A program made the translations under genes and the position numbers. From a virus, in the IMG/VR virus record IMGVR_UViG_3300028392_000038, positions 1-64,000 of that record: DNA of 64,000 bases; one strand, 5' to 3'. The notes under the pieces are model-generated. The model saw nothing but the letters and a program-made list of their open reading frames with translations, was not told where the DNA came from and made no database searches. Position 1 is the stretch's first letter, and each line of letters opens with the position of its first letter. Below are positions 19,089 through 30,250 of this stretch, piece after piece.

Positions 19089-19907
19089 TTAATAATATTT
19101 AAATTCATCATAGAACCATTTGTAATTATTTTTAATCCAATCACAAGCTGCTTGTCCTAAAATTTCTTTATAATCATTTTTAAGAGGTTCTATTTTACTT
19201 TTTATATTATGATCACCATAAATACCATAAACAGAATCATCTTCTACAGTTATTTGTTGAACATTATTAAAGTCATGTGCAAATGGATTAACACCTAAGT
19301 AGTCATAAACTCTATCTATTTCTTTTTGAGGATTTGATGTTAAGTCTTCAAATCTAATAAATAACATTTTTTGATTTATACCTTCTCTAAATACTTGGTA
19401 TAATCTTTCTATTGAAATACCAACAGGTTGACCCGTTGACCAAATATCAATTCTTTTTTCAGTTGTAGTTCCGGTCATTTGAGCATGATTTACAATACCG
19501 GAATCTAAGTGTTGATTCTTTCTAAAGTTTTTCTCCATTGAAGCGAAAATTCCTCTTAAATCTCTAACCATACAAATAATCTTTGGTTCTGGATAAAATG
19601 AATTTAAAAATTGATAATGTACTCCCCAACCTCTACTCTTATCAATAACATATGGTTTATCAGTTATAGAATTAAAGAATCCATTAATACCTGAATTGCA
19701 AAAATTAGCAAAACCTCTCTTCATAAGTTCAGAATCTTGAGCTTTGAATTCTGGTGAGTTTGTGTAATTATTTCTAGCAGCATAAACAAGTTCTAATACC
19801 CCACTAGTAGGAGTTACATAAAATTCAGGATTTTGACCCATTATATTTTGTAGAAGTGTTGATCCTGCTCTAGGCAATGAACTTTGAAAGAATATCTTTT
19901 TTGGCAT
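19089..19907 (-). CDS. PAPS-dependent sulfotransferase family protein
   Basis: LPRAGSTLL (5'-PSB loop), DKSRGW, VRDLRGIFAS (3'-PB) and RFEDL motifs. Confidence 0.82.
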   Translation of the reverse strand: MPKKIFFQSSLPRAGSTLLQNIMGQNPEFYVTPTSGVLELVYAARNNYTNSPEFKAQDSELMKRGFANFCNSGINGFFNSITDKPYVIDKSRGWGVHYQFLNSFYPEPKIICMVRDLRGIFASMEKNFRKNQHLDSGIVNHAQMTGTTTEKRIDIWSTGQPVGISIERLYQVFREGINQKMLFIRFEDLTSNPQKEIDRVYDYLGVNPFAHDFNNVQQITVEDDSVYGIYGDHNIKSKIEPLKNDYKEILGQAACDWIKNNYKWFYDEFKYY

Positions 19908-19908
19908 A

Positions 19909-20793
19909 TTATAAATTAATTTTTTGTATTATTAAATTAGGATCAAATATTTCTGATTCTAAAGAAGGGTATTCATGTAAAAGACCTTCAAAACTATAAT
20001 CAAATAAATAACTATCTGGTAGTTTTACAATATCTTTTGGAAGATCCGCTACAATATTTTTGTGTATATTATAACCAAATACCTTAGGTGATGTTCCCAC
20101 CCAAAGAACAACCGATGATAAACCAAGAGCAGCAGAGGCATGTTGTAAACAAGAATCTATTAAAACTCTTTTTTGAGATACCAATAATAAGGAAAATAAT
20201 TCCATATTAGGCATACTATCTGATACAACTTCTACTCCTTGCATAGCAACCGATCCTGCTCTACAAATTTGAATAATATGATAATCATTTCTATAATGGT
20301 TAACTAATATTTCAGATAAGTATACCGGAATATCTCTTGTCCATGAATTAATGTGGGGTTGATTAACCAAAGGACCACCATTGGTCTGAATAACCATTAT
20401 AGGTTTTTCTCTTGTCCACTTATTAATACCTAATTGTTTTTGTTTTGAATTAAATATCAAAGAAGGCATCTCTCCGTTATAATTTAGATTATAAAGTTTA
20501 CACCAATTTTCAATTAGAGGCATTTTTTTATGAATATGATCAGTTGTGAAGTAAGGCTCGTGTTTAAATATTAATGAATCTTTACCATCAATATAATCAT
20601 TATAGAAGTAAGGAGTCATTCCAATTTTATATACTCTATCAATAAATTTTAGATTTAAGAAAACTTCTGCGTAAGCACACACAACTATAAGTTTTCTATC
20701 AGGGTAGTTGTTTTTTATACACTCAGCAACAGCTGTTGAGGCTACATGTTTTCCCAATCCACCTTCAATGTGAAATATTGCAAATTTATCCAT
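19909..20793 (-). CDS. GT9-like glycosyltransferase
   Basis: N-terminal EGGLGK and IDSCLQHASAALG..SVVLW motifs. Confidence 0.7.
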   Translation of the reverse strand: MDKFAIFHIEGGLGKHVASTAVAECIKNNYPDRKLIVVCAYAEVFLNLKFIDRVYKIGMTPYFYNDYIDGKDSLIFKHEPYFTTDHIHKKMPLIENWCKLYNLNYNGEMPSLIFNSKQKQLGINKWTREKPIMVIQTNGGPLVNQPHINSWTRDIPVYLSEILVNHYRNDYHIIQICRAGSVAMQGVEVVSDSMPNMELFSLLLVSQKRVLIDSCLQHASAALGLSSVVLWVGTSPKVFGYNIHKNIVADLPKDIVKLPDSYLFDYSFEGLLHEYPSLESEIFDPNLIIQKINL

Positions 20794-20830
20794 AGTTATT
20801 ATACTATGAATTTAATAAAATGTTTAAGAA

Positions 20831-23017
20831 TTATAGTTCTATCCAAGTGTTGTCTGGGTTAAATCGTAAAATGTATACTCCATTGGTTTGATTACCACTG
20901 TTCCAAAAAGTATGACCAACTAATCTAACTATGTTACCTGCTGCTGAAGGAGCTATGTAAGTCATCTCACCAGCGGTAGCTTTCATGTACATCGGATCTC
21001 CAATTTTAAACTCACTTATATAAGTAGTTGTAACAAATCCATTAATTAATATTGATGTTGCTTCGCCCTCTCCATGATTCCCAGCTACACAAATACCTAA
21101 CATAGATTTTGATGATATTCCAGAAGAGCTTGCGTCAGCTAAACCCCATTTACCACCTATTGTTCTATAACATAACTGACCAAAACTCAATCCTTCACTT
21201 GATATTTCTGAATATAATACATCTCCAGAATAAGAGGTACTGGCCCAACTCTGTAAATCACCCAATACTGATGTTATACCATCTAATATTGTTCCTTGTA
21301 ATGGAGTTTGACTATATCCACCAACTATAGATGTTCCATTATCCAGTATATTACTATTACCAATTGTACTAGATGATGTAAATTTAACCACATAATTACT
21401 TGATCCTGATACAGAAACGGATGTTCCAGAGCTACCTGATGATCCACTTGATCCAGTAGACCCACTTGATCCGGATGATCCACTTGATCCGGATGATCCA
21501 CTTGATCCGGATGATCCACTTGATCCAGTAGAACCAGTTAGTCCGGATGATCCACTTGATCCGGTAGAACCACTTGACCCGGATGATCCACTTGATCCTG
21601 AAGATCCACTTGATCCATTAGATCCACTTGATCCATTAGATCCATTATATCCTGATGATCCACTTGATCCTGAAGATCCACTTGATCCATTAGATCCACT
21701 TGATCCATTAGATCCATTATATCCTGATGATCCACTTGATCCATTAGATCCATTAGATCCGGATGATCCACTTGATCCTGATGGTCCACTTGATCCTGAA
21801 GATCCACTTGATCCATTAGATCCATTAGATCCTGATGATCCACTTGTTCCAGAAGATCCTGAAGATCCTGAATATCCTGAAGATCCTGGTATAGAAGCTG
21901 TCCAAGTAGCAACACCATTAGTATCACTAATTAAAATATAATTATTACCTTGTGTACCATCTTGTAATCTAAATGCGCCTGATTGTGTAGCATAAACATG
22001 TAATTTAGTAGATGGGTTTGATGTCCCAATACCTACATTTCCACCCATAAATGATCCAGCGTAAACAATAGATGATTGTGTTGTTGTAACAGCAGATACA
22101 TCGGTATAAATTCCATATAATCCATAGGATGTATTTCGTGGACTAAAACTACCACCCATTACAGAAGAAATTCCATATCTATTACCTGCATTTCCAATTA
22201 AAGGTAAATTATCAACAAGTCTTATACCCCATCTATCCGCGTTTCCTGGATCGGCAGTAGTATCCGAATCCATTTTAAGTGTTAGCAAAGCACTTCCAGA
22301 TGAATAAGTAGCTCCCATAGAAAATAATCCTGATGATAAAGCTTGGAATTGTGATATTTTGCCATTATATCCTGATATAACTCTTAAAGTAGTAGCCCCT
22401 GGTGTTCCACCAGCTCTATTAGTATGTTCTATTGTAACAACAGATGCTGTTGTCCCAGCATTATCTAAATTTCTTTTAAAGTAAGCTGCATGTCCACCTG
22501 TTTGGCTATTACTAGAAGGACCATCAACCAATAAAATTGTTGAATATGTTGTGTCACCTTGGTATTTAATGTGAACTCTACCGTCTGGTGATATAGTTCC
22601 AATACCAACATTTGTGCTTGTTACATAAATAGAACTTGTAGATGAAAGTGTTGTCGTTGATGTATAATAAGGTACATAATTATTTTGCCCTGATAAAGAA
22701 ACGCTTGTTCCTGATGATCCGCTTGATCCACTTGATCCTGATGATCCACTTGATCCTGAAGATCCTGAAGATCCTGAAGATCCACTTGATCCTGATGATC
22801 CAGATGTACCAGATGTACCAGCCCCAGAAGCCCATTCAGTTCCTGTAAATCTATAAATCTGGTTAGTAGTATCATCAAATACTAAAGAACCTTTACTAAC
22901 ACCCGACGTACTATTTGTACTAGCGTTATCGACAACTGGTAGATTTAGTCCTTTATTACCGGTACCGGTTCCTGTTATAAGTTGAATTCCACCACTATTC
23001 TTAATTATATAAGCCAT
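20831..23017 (-). CDS. Putative fibre/decoration protein with (GSS)n tracts
   Basis: Two Gly-X-Y Ser-rich tracts, NVGIGT..P modules, and a C-terminal cement-like domain. Confidence 0.7.
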   Translation of the reverse strand: MAYIIKNSGGIQLITGTGTGNKGLNLPVVDNASTNSTSGVSKGSLVFDDTTNQIYRFTGTEWASGAGTSGTSGSSGSSGSSGSSGSSGSSGSSGSSGSSGSSGTSVSLSGQNNYVPYYTSTTTLSSTSSIYVTSTNVGIGTISPDGRVHIKYQGDTTYSTILLVDGPSSNSQTGGHAAYFKRNLDNAGTTASVVTIEHTNRAGGTPGATTLRVISGYNGKISQFQALSSGLFSMGATYSSGSALLTLKMDSDTTADPGNADRWGIRLVDNLPLIGNAGNRYGISSVMGGSFSPRNTSYGLYGIYTDVSAVTTTQSSIVYAGSFMGGNVGIGTSNPSTKLHVYATQSGAFRLQDGTQGNNYILISDTNGVATWTASIPGSSGYSGSSGSSGTSGSSGSNGSNGSSGSSGSSGPSGSSGSSGSNGSNGSSGSSGYNGSNGSSGSNGSSGSSGSSGSSGYNGSNGSSGSNGSSGSSGSSGSSGSSGSTGSSGSSGLTGSTGSSGSSGSSGSSGSSGSSGSSGSTGSSGSSGSSGTSVSVSGSSNYVVKFTSSSTIGNSNILDNGTSIVGGYSQTPLQGTILDGITSVLGDLQSWASTSYSGDVLYSEISSEGLSFGQLCYRTIGGKWGLADASSSGISSKSMLGICVAGNHGEGEATSILINGFVTTTYISEFKIGDPMYMKATAGEMTYIAPSAAGNIVRLVGHTFWNSGNQTNGVYILRFNPDNTWIEL

Positions 23018-23079
23018 TCAGGTTCTTTAATTTTTATTTATATTTCTATATATTAATTTTTCTATAATATTATATTCAA

Positions 23080-26000
23080 TTAAAATAGTGTTTGTGTATA
23101 TCTCACATAACAAACAAAATTTGCGGCGGTACTACCACTATTAATTGCCTCAACTACCAAATTGTTACCAGATACATTAATATTAACATCATGTATAGTT
23201 GAAACCGACTCAGCAACTACAATTTTAGTAACACCGGTAAATCCACCAACTATAGTAGCTGTTCCGGTAGGATTTGTAGCCGCCCCAAAAAGTTGTAGAT
23301 AAGTAGCATTATTTGAACCGCTTTCTAAAACAGCGATTTGCATTTCCAATGCTAACATACCACCAAGAGGAACATCAATCTGACCAGATGAAGATAAAGG
23401 ATTTGAATATAAAACTCCATTACCTACATGAACTGTATTTTTTAATATTATCTGGTTAGTCTGAGCATCTGCTTTAATAGATATATTACCTTTAGCGTGA
23501 GCAATTTGACCATATGTAAGAGCATCATTATCTGTTGATGGACCAAGTAATAAAGTACCAGCGGTTGGATCCTCATGTATATTATATGATGTATCACCAA
23601 TTGTGGTTGCTGATGTAAATTTAGTAAATACATTAGTTGTGCCAGAAAAAGTAGATCCACCACCAGATGATGTTGCTACTAATAATCCATTAGTTCCTAC
23701 TGTTACAAAACAAGAAACTGATGATGCCATTGATGTTATAATGATGTCATTAGCATGTGCTGTGTATTGTCTACTAGCGGTTATACCAGATCCAATAATA
23801 ACAGAACTAGTCATGCTATTAATATTATTATTAACACCACCAAGTATAGAAGCGAATGGAGAATTTGTAATTGTATTATTATTACCACCACCTATGGTTG
23901 AAAATTGTGAACTATAACCAGAGATTGTATTAGACATACCACCAGATATAGTTGAATTAAATGAATTGGTACCGGATATTGTATTAGTTAGACCACCACT
24001 TATAGTTGATTGAGATGAATTAAATGCAGAGATTGTATTACTATAACCACCACTTATGGTTGAATGACATGAATAATGTCCAGAGATTGTATTACATTGA
24101 CCACCACCTATAGATGAATTACGTGAATAATAACCGGAAATTGTATTGAGAGCACCACCACTTATAGTTGATTGATATGAATTATAATCAGCGATTGTAT
24201 TACAATAACCACCACTTATAGTTGAATAACATGAGCAATATCCAGAGATTGTATTAAAACCACCACCACCTATGGTTGAATGATATGAAAAAGCACCAGA
24301 GATTGTATTACATTGACCACCACTTATGGTTGATTGATCTGAATTAAATCCAGAGATTGTATTAATATAACCACCACTTATAGTTGATTGAGCTGAATTA
24401 AATCCAGAGATTGTATTAATATAACCACCACTAATGGTTGATTGATATGAACTAGCACCAGAGATTGTATTTTGATAACCACCACTAATGGTTGAATGAC
24501 ATGAAAAAGCACCAGAGATTGTATTTTGATAACCACCACTTATAGTAGAAAAAGGTGAATAACAACCGGATATTGTATTAAGACCACCACCACTAATGGT
24601 TGAATTAAATGAATACTGACCGGAGATTGTATTATTATTACCGCCACCTATAGTTGACCAATATGAATATTTTCCTGAGATTGTATTACAGTAACCACCA
24701 CCTATACTTGATTGAAATGATAAATATCCTGAGATTGTATTTCTGCAACCACCACTTATAGTTGAATTATATGATGAATATCCTGAGATTGTATTAATAG
24801 TTCCTCCACCGATAGTTGATAATTGTGAACACTGACCGGAAATTGTATTAATATAACCACCACTTATAGTTGATTGGCATGAATAAGTACCAGAGATTGC
24901 GTTAGATTTACCACCACCTATAGTTGAATTAAGTGATTGCTGTCCAGAGATTGTATTACTAGAACCACCACCTATAGTTGAATTAAATGACGAACGTCCT
25001 GAGATTGTATTCTCACTACCTCCACCTATAGTTGATTGACATGAATACTGACCGGAAATTGTATTAGTAATACCACCACCTATAGTTGATTGACATGAAT
25101 TAGTACCAGAGATTGTATTACAACAACCACCAGATATAGTGGAATCTCCACTAGTTGATATTAAATTTTTACGACCACCACTTATAGTTGAACGATTTGA
25201 ACCACTAAGAATTATATTAGAATTACCACCACCTATTGTTGAGGACAAAGCAGATGCTGTATTTCCACCACCACCACCTATTGTTGATCCAGTAGCGGAT
25301 GATGTATTAAGATAACCACCACTTATAACAGAATAAACACCGGAAGTGTCATTTTCACTACCACCGCCTATTGTTGATCCAGTAGCGGATGATGTATTAG
25401 AATTACCACCACCTATTGTTGAACTTACACCAGATACTATATTTTTATAACCACCACTTATAGTTGACCAATATGAACACTGACCGGAGATTGTATTACA
25501 TTGACCACCACTTATGGTTGATAAATATGAAAAGGTACCAGATATGGTATTACAACATCCACCACTTATAGTTGATTGATATGAGATATCACCGGAGATT
25601 GTATTATATTGACCACCACTTATAGTTGATAATTGTGAATCACCACCACAGATTGTATTATATCCACCACCTCCAATGGTTGATTGATATGAACTACCAC
25701 TAGATATTGTATTGCTTTCACCACCACTTATTGTTGAACGAGATGAACTATATCCAGAGATTGTATTTTGATAACCCCCACTAATGGTTGAATGACATGA
25801 ATAATGACCGGAAATTGTATTTTGTTGACCACCACCTATAGATGAATTACGTGAATAATGACCGGAAATTGTATTGCTTTCACCACCACTTATAGTTGAT
25901 AGATATGAACTATATCCTGAGATTGTATTACATTGACCGCCACCTATAGTTACTAATTGTGAATTAACACCGGAGATTGTATTAAATTGACCACCACCTA

Positions 26001-27231
26001 TAGTTACTAATTGTGAATACTTACCAGATATGGTATTACAACATCCACCACTTATAGTTGATTGATATGAGATATCACCGGAGATTGTATTAAGTTCACC
26101 ACCACTTATAGTTGAACGATATGAATTAGTACCGGAGATTGCATTACCATAACCACCACTTATAGTTGATTGATATGAACAATATCCTGAGATTGTATTA
26201 TTACCACCACCACTAATGGTTGAATGACATGAATAATGACCGGAAATTGTATTTTGATAACCACCACTTATAGTTGATTGACATGAACAATGACCGGAGA
26301 TTGTATTAGTATAACCACCACTAATGGTTGAATGAAATGAATAACAACCGGAAATTGTATTAGTATAACCACCACTAATGGTTGAATTTTGTGAATAATG
26401 ACCGGAGATTGTATTAAGTTCACCACCACTTATAGTTGAACGATATGAAGTATATCCAGAGATTGTATTAATATAACCACCACTTATAGTTGATTGACAT
26501 GAATAATGTCCAGAGATTGTATTAATATAACCACCACCTATAGATGAGTATTCCGAATGATATCCAGACACTGTATTAGATGAACCACCAGCGATTGTTG
26601 AGTAATAACCAGAAGATGTATTTTTATAACCACCAGAAATTGTTGAAAGATCACCACCTGCGGCATTTTGAAAACCACCGCTTATAGTAGAACAAGCTCC
26701 AGTAGAATTATTACCTAATCCACATCTAACACTTGATCCAGCACCAGCTCCCAATAAAATAACAGCTGAACCACCTCCACCACCAGCACTAGCAGACCAA
26801 CTACCAACACCACTAGCATCAGAAACTAAAACATAACCAGAACCTTCACTACCATCTTGTAGTCTGAAAGCATCAGATTGTGTTGAATAAATATGAAGTT
26901 TATTACTTGGAGCAGTTAGACCAATACCCACTTTATCGGTAGCAACAGATAAAGCATATTTATCCCATTTTCCTAACTGAACATAATCCCAAGAATAAAC
27001 TTGTAAAATAGGTAAACCAGATACATCATTAACTGAATGTAAAAGTCCAAACTTTTCATCAGTTACATTGAAAAGAACACCATAAGTACCAGTATAAACA
27101 ACTGTACCATCATCATCAACTTTCAATTTAATAGTTGATGCACTTAATCCACCAAAATCAATGTTTGGGTAATCATTTGATGCTGTAGATCCTAACTTAG
27201 GGGTTATTCTTATATCTCTTTGTGATGCCAT
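23080..27231 (-). CDS. Beta-solenoid repeat protein (adhesin/fibre-like)
   Basis: 1383 aa with about 50 repeats of STISGGxxNTISGxxSxx. Confidence 0.75.
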   Translation of the reverse strand: MASQRDIRITPKLGSTASNDYPNIDFGGLSASTIKLKVDDDGTVVYTGTYGVLFNVTDEKFGLLHSVNDVSGLPILQVYSWDYVQLGKWDKYALSVATDKVGIGLTAPSNKLHIYSTQSDAFRLQDGSEGSGYVLVSDASGVGSWSASAGGGGGSAVILLGAGAGSSVRCGLGNNSTGACSTISGGFQNAAGGDLSTISGGYKNTSSGYYSTIAGGSSNTVSGYHSEYSSIGGGYINTISGHYSCQSTISGGYINTISGYTSYRSTISGGELNTISGHYSQNSTISGGYTNTISGCYSFHSTISGGYTNTISGHCSCQSTISGGYQNTISGHYSCHSTISGGGNNTISGYCSYQSTISGGYGNAISGTNSYRSTISGGELNTISGDISYQSTISGGCCNTISGKYSQLVTIGGGQFNTISGVNSQLVTIGGGQCNTISGYSSYLSTISGGESNTISGHYSRNSSIGGGQQNTISGHYSCHSTISGGYQNTISGYSSSRSTISGGESNTISSGSSYQSTIGGGGYNTICGGDSQLSTISGGQYNTISGDISYQSTISGGCCNTISGTFSYLSTISGGQCNTISGQCSYWSTISGGYKNIVSGVSSTIGGGNSNTSSATGSTIGGGSENDTSGVYSVISGGYLNTSSATGSTIGGGGGNTASALSSTIGGGNSNIILSGSNRSTISGGRKNLISTSGDSTISGGCCNTISGTNSCQSTIGGGITNTISGQYSCQSTIGGGSENTISGRSSFNSTIGGGSSNTISGQQSLNSTIGGGKSNAISGTYSCQSTISGGYINTISGQCSQLSTIGGGTINTISGYSSYNSTISGGCRNTISGYLSFQSSIGGGYCNTISGKYSYWSTIGGGNNNTISGQYSFNSTISGGGLNTISGCYSPFSTISGGYQNTISGAFSCHSTISGGYQNTISGASSYQSTISGGYINTISGFNSAQSTISGGYINTISGFNSDQSTISGGQCNTISGAFSYHSTIGGGGFNTISGYCSCYSTISGGYCNTIADYNSYQSTISGGALNTISGYYSRNSSIGGGQCNTISGHYSCHSTISGGYSNTISAFNSSQSTISGGLTNTISGTNSFNSTISGGMSNTISGYSSQFSTIGGGNNNTITNSPFASILGGVNNNINSMTSSVIIGSGITASRQYTAHANDIIITSMASSVSCFVTVGTNGLLVATSSGGGSTFSGTTNVFTKFTSATTIGDTSYNIHEDPTAGTLLLGPSTDNDALTYGQIAHAKGNISIKADAQTNQIILKNTVHVGNGVLYSNPLSSSGQIDVPLGGMLALEMQIAVLESGSNNATYLQLFGAATNPTGTATIVGGFTGVTKIVVAESVSTIHDVNINVSGNNLVVEAINSGSTAANFVCYVRYTQTLF
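23830..26690 (-). repeat. 54-bp (18-aa) coding tandem repeat with some 48-bp units
   Basis: Recurrent gagattgtatt...accaccacttatagttga on the + strand. Confidence 0.9.
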
Positions 27232-27246
27232 AATCTATATATTATT

Positions 27247-27900
27247 TTATAAAAACCTCCATTTTAATTTATTGTAGTTATGTAGTATTTCTTGAGGTGT
27301 TAAAGCTCTATTATAATATTTAATATTTGAAATTTTACCATTGAATACATTAGTCGTCCCATCACGTGAAATCTCACTAACACCTTGAACATAGTTTGTG
27401 GTGACTGTTCCACTAACAACAGAAACGTTGTTATAGTATATGTTAGCGGTAGTTCCACTTCGTCTTATCACAACATTAGTCCATTCATTTGATTTTGGAA
27501 AGGTTGTAGTTTGCAAATCATCGGCGATGTTATAAGCTCTTAGCACAAAGTTTGTTGCATTTTTTCCAATCCAAAATCCACTTGTTGTGGTTGTTGTAAA
27601 TAATGGACTATAAGTACTGATCCAGTTTGTTGGATTGATCCAAAAATCAATTACAAACTCACCAGTACCAGGTGCTATTTGTGGTATATTACCTAAATTG
27701 ACATAATCATCTACACCATCAAATACAATAGAACCAATCTTAGAAGGATCAAATGTTGGACCATTTGTCAAAACACCATTATTAAAGTTTGATGATAAGT
27801 CATATAAGTCTGTACCAGATCCAGAATATGACTTATCATTACCAGCATCTACACAGAATACTAATCCATCTGTTATTATATCTAAACTACCTACTGACAT
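27247..27900 (-). CDS. LamG/concanavalin-A-like domain protein (1 domain)
   Basis: GLVFCVDAGN..SY.GSG, FDGVDDY and YNRALT..EI..NY motifs. Confidence 0.85.
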   Translation of the reverse strand: MSVGSLDIITDGLVFCVDAGNDKSYSGSGTDLYDLSSNFNNGVLTNGPTFDPSKIGSIVFDGVDDYVNLGNIPQIAPGTGEFVIDFWINPTNWISTYSPLFTTTTTSGFWIGKNATNFVLRAYNIADDLQTTTFPKSNEWTNVVIRRSGTTANIYYNNVSVVSGTVTTNYVQGVSEISRDGTTNVFNGKISNIKYYNRALTPQEILHNYNKLKWRFL

Positions 27901-29972
27901 TATAAACCATATCTACTTTTTTGAGCATTGTAATTCTGAAGAACTTCAGAATCAGAAAGGCTTTTCTTATATATTCTAACAACAGGTATTTTGCCTTGGA
28001 ATCTTCTACTAGAATAGTCATATCCATCTCCAATTCTCATATTATTGATATATCCAACAAATCCACCAGTGACTGATTGACTATTTACTAACTTTTGATT
28101 ATTTATATAGATAGAGCAGTTAGTACCATCATATGTAACAACTAAGTTATACCAAGTATTATCAGTAATTACACCCGGACAATCACCACCAAATCCAAAG
28201 GAGAAGTCACCACTAACATTAAGATTAATACTTAATCTAGCTCTACCTGCTCCAAAATTTACCCAAGTAGCGTAGTATCCAGGACTAGTATACTGCTCTA
28301 TTCTCAACATTGTATTACCGCCATTAAAATCTATTATATTTTTATAGTCAGTCACACTACCCGAATTAGCCCACATATCTAATGTAAATATTCCAAATCC
28401 GCTTCCTAAACTACCAACATTTGCATAATCATCAACACCATCAAAAACCATAACACCACTATCAGATGGATCATAATAAGCACCATTTGTTAATGTTGCA
28501 TTATGAGAGTTTGCGGTTAAATCATACCAAGTTGTTCCACTACCAGGATAAGATAAAACATCAGCAGCATCTAAACTTAAATATAATTGGTCAGTTACAA
28601 TTGGCGCAACTGGAGGTAGGTTATCATTTAAAAATCTCCATTTAGTTATATTATAATTATATAGTATTTCAGATGCGGGAAGAGCTCTTCTATAAATTTG
28701 AGAAATTGCTATTTTACCATCAATTGTTGATATAGGTGTAGTGTTGTCACCTGATGTATAAGCACCAACTCTAGCTGGATTATTAGACTGAAAATCCAAT
28801 CCATTCCAAGATGATATTGCAGAACTACCAGTTAATGCTTCTAAAACACCGTTATAATATATCTTTATATTAGAACTTCTATCATAAACATAAGTAGCCA
28901 TAAACCACTGATAAGTAGGTATTGTAGTTGATCCATATGGTAAAACATCTGATCCTCCATTACCTTGCATAAAAGCCCATAATTTTTGACTAGAGGAGTT
29001 AAATCCAATAGCATATCTATAATTTTGAGTACCTGATAAACCTTTACTAAAAAACCATTGGTCACTACTTGTTGCTGATATCTTAACCCAAGTATTAATT
29101 GTATAACTATATGTTCCCATATCTAGTACATCACCAAGTTCTACAAAATCATCAACACCATCAAATCCCATATTATTAGCATCAATAGAACTAAAAGAAG
29201 CACCATTTGTTAATGTACCATCATATGAATTTGCTGTTAAGTCATACCAAGTTGTTCCTGTTCCAGAATAAGATGTTAGGTCACCAGCATCTAAATTTAA
29301 TACTAAATCACTTGTTGTTATACTAGGAAAAGTATTGTTATTGAAATATCTAAATTTAATAGCATTATAATTATGCTCAACTTCATCGGAAGAAAGAACT
29401 CTATCATAAATTAAAAAACTTGAAACTTTACCATTAAATGGATAAAGAGAACTGGTCGTCTCATCACCTATAATAGAAAATATAGAATCATTTGTAGTTG
29501 ATATAGTCATTGTACCAACTGATACACCATCTACAAATATCTGATGACTATTTCCATTTCTAACACAAACAATATTATGCCAAACATCCTTTGATAAAGT
29601 ATAAGATAAACTACCAAATGCTCCACCATAATTTATATAAAATTGAGAACCATCATTATAAACCATATAATAGTTTGCTATATTACTACCAACTATAACA
29701 CCACTAAATGCTCTAGCGTTTATCCATATTGACCAACTACCAACTGTTCCTATATTTACATCATTCAACTTAACATAATCACTAAGACCATCAAAATCAA
29801 TAGCACCATCATTCCAAGGAGCATAGTAAGCACCATTGGTTAATACATTAGGAGTTACTGTCTTTAGATCATACCAGTTCAGTCCTATACCGGGATAAGA
29901 CTTATTGTTAGCAGCATCTAAGCAGAAAACTAAACCATTAGTTATTATAGGTGGAAAAGTATTATATGCCAT
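27900..29972 (-). CDS. LamG domain protein (3 tandem domains)
   Basis: Three LDA...SY.G.G..WYDL / FDG..DY / Y.R.L...E...NY units. Confidence 0.85.
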   Translation of the reverse strand: MAYNTFPPIITNGLVFCLDAANNKSYPGIGLNWYDLKTVTPNVLTNGAYYAPWNDGAIDFDGLSDYVKLNDVNIGTVGSWSIWINARAFSGVIVGSNIANYYMVYNDGSQFYINYGGAFGSLSYTLSKDVWHNIVCVRNGNSHQIFVDGVSVGTMTISTTNDSIFSIIGDETTSSLYPFNGKVSSFLIYDRVLSSDEVEHNYNAIKFRYFNNNTFPSITTSDLVLNLDAGDLTSYSGTGTTWYDLTANSYDGTLTNGASFSSIDANNMGFDGVDDFVELGDVLDMGTYSYTINTWVKISATSSDQWFFSKGLSGTQNYRYAIGFNSSSQKLWAFMQGNGGSDVLPYGSTTIPTYQWFMATYVYDRSSNIKIYYNGVLEALTGSSAISSWNGLDFQSNNPARVGAYTSGDNTTPISTIDGKIAISQIYRRALPASEILYNYNITKWRFLNDNLPPVAPIVTDQLYLSLDAADVLSYPGSGTTWYDLTANSHNATLTNGAYYDPSDSGVMVFDGVDDYANVGSLGSGFGIFTLDMWANSGSVTDYKNIIDFNGGNTMLRIEQYTSPGYYATWVNFGAGRARLSINLNVSGDFSFGFGGDCPGVITDNTWYNLVVTYDGTNCSIYINNQKLVNSQSVTGGFVGYINNMRIGDGYDYSSRRFQGKIPVVRIYKKSLSDSEVLQNYNAQKSRYGL

Positions 29973-30246
29973 TCATTAAAAAGCTTTGTGTTCCAACCCA
30001 TTCTACTGTTGATGCAATCTGTAGAATTTGTGGATGTGTAAAGTATTTATTATTATCATAAGACACCAATTTACCATTAGTATCTAAAGATTGAATTGTT
30101 GCTGGTTTATTACCATCATACTTTAGAATAAATTTTGTCAGCTCTGTGTTCTTTCTAACAGTATCTGCTGATGTTTGTGATACCTGAGAATAATCTACAT
30201 TATTCAATTCAGATATGTTTGCTATTACATAAGTGTTTGTGTTCAT
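29962..30246 (-). CDS. Small hypothetical protein in the LamG cluster
   Basis: 94-aa ORF overlapping the next start codon. Confidence 0.7.
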   Translation of the reverse strand: MNTNTYVIANISELNNVDYSQVSQTSADTVRKNTELTKFILKYDGNKPATIQSLDTNGKLVSYDNNKYFTHPQILQIASTVEWVGTQSFLMNGI

Positions 30247-30250
30247 ATTT

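Noticed and set aside
23830-26690. Possible CRISPR array or DGR variable region
   Set aside because: Units are in-frame degenerate coding repeats without unique spacers. No cas or reverse transcriptase gene, and no adenine-specific template/variable pair, is visible in the window.
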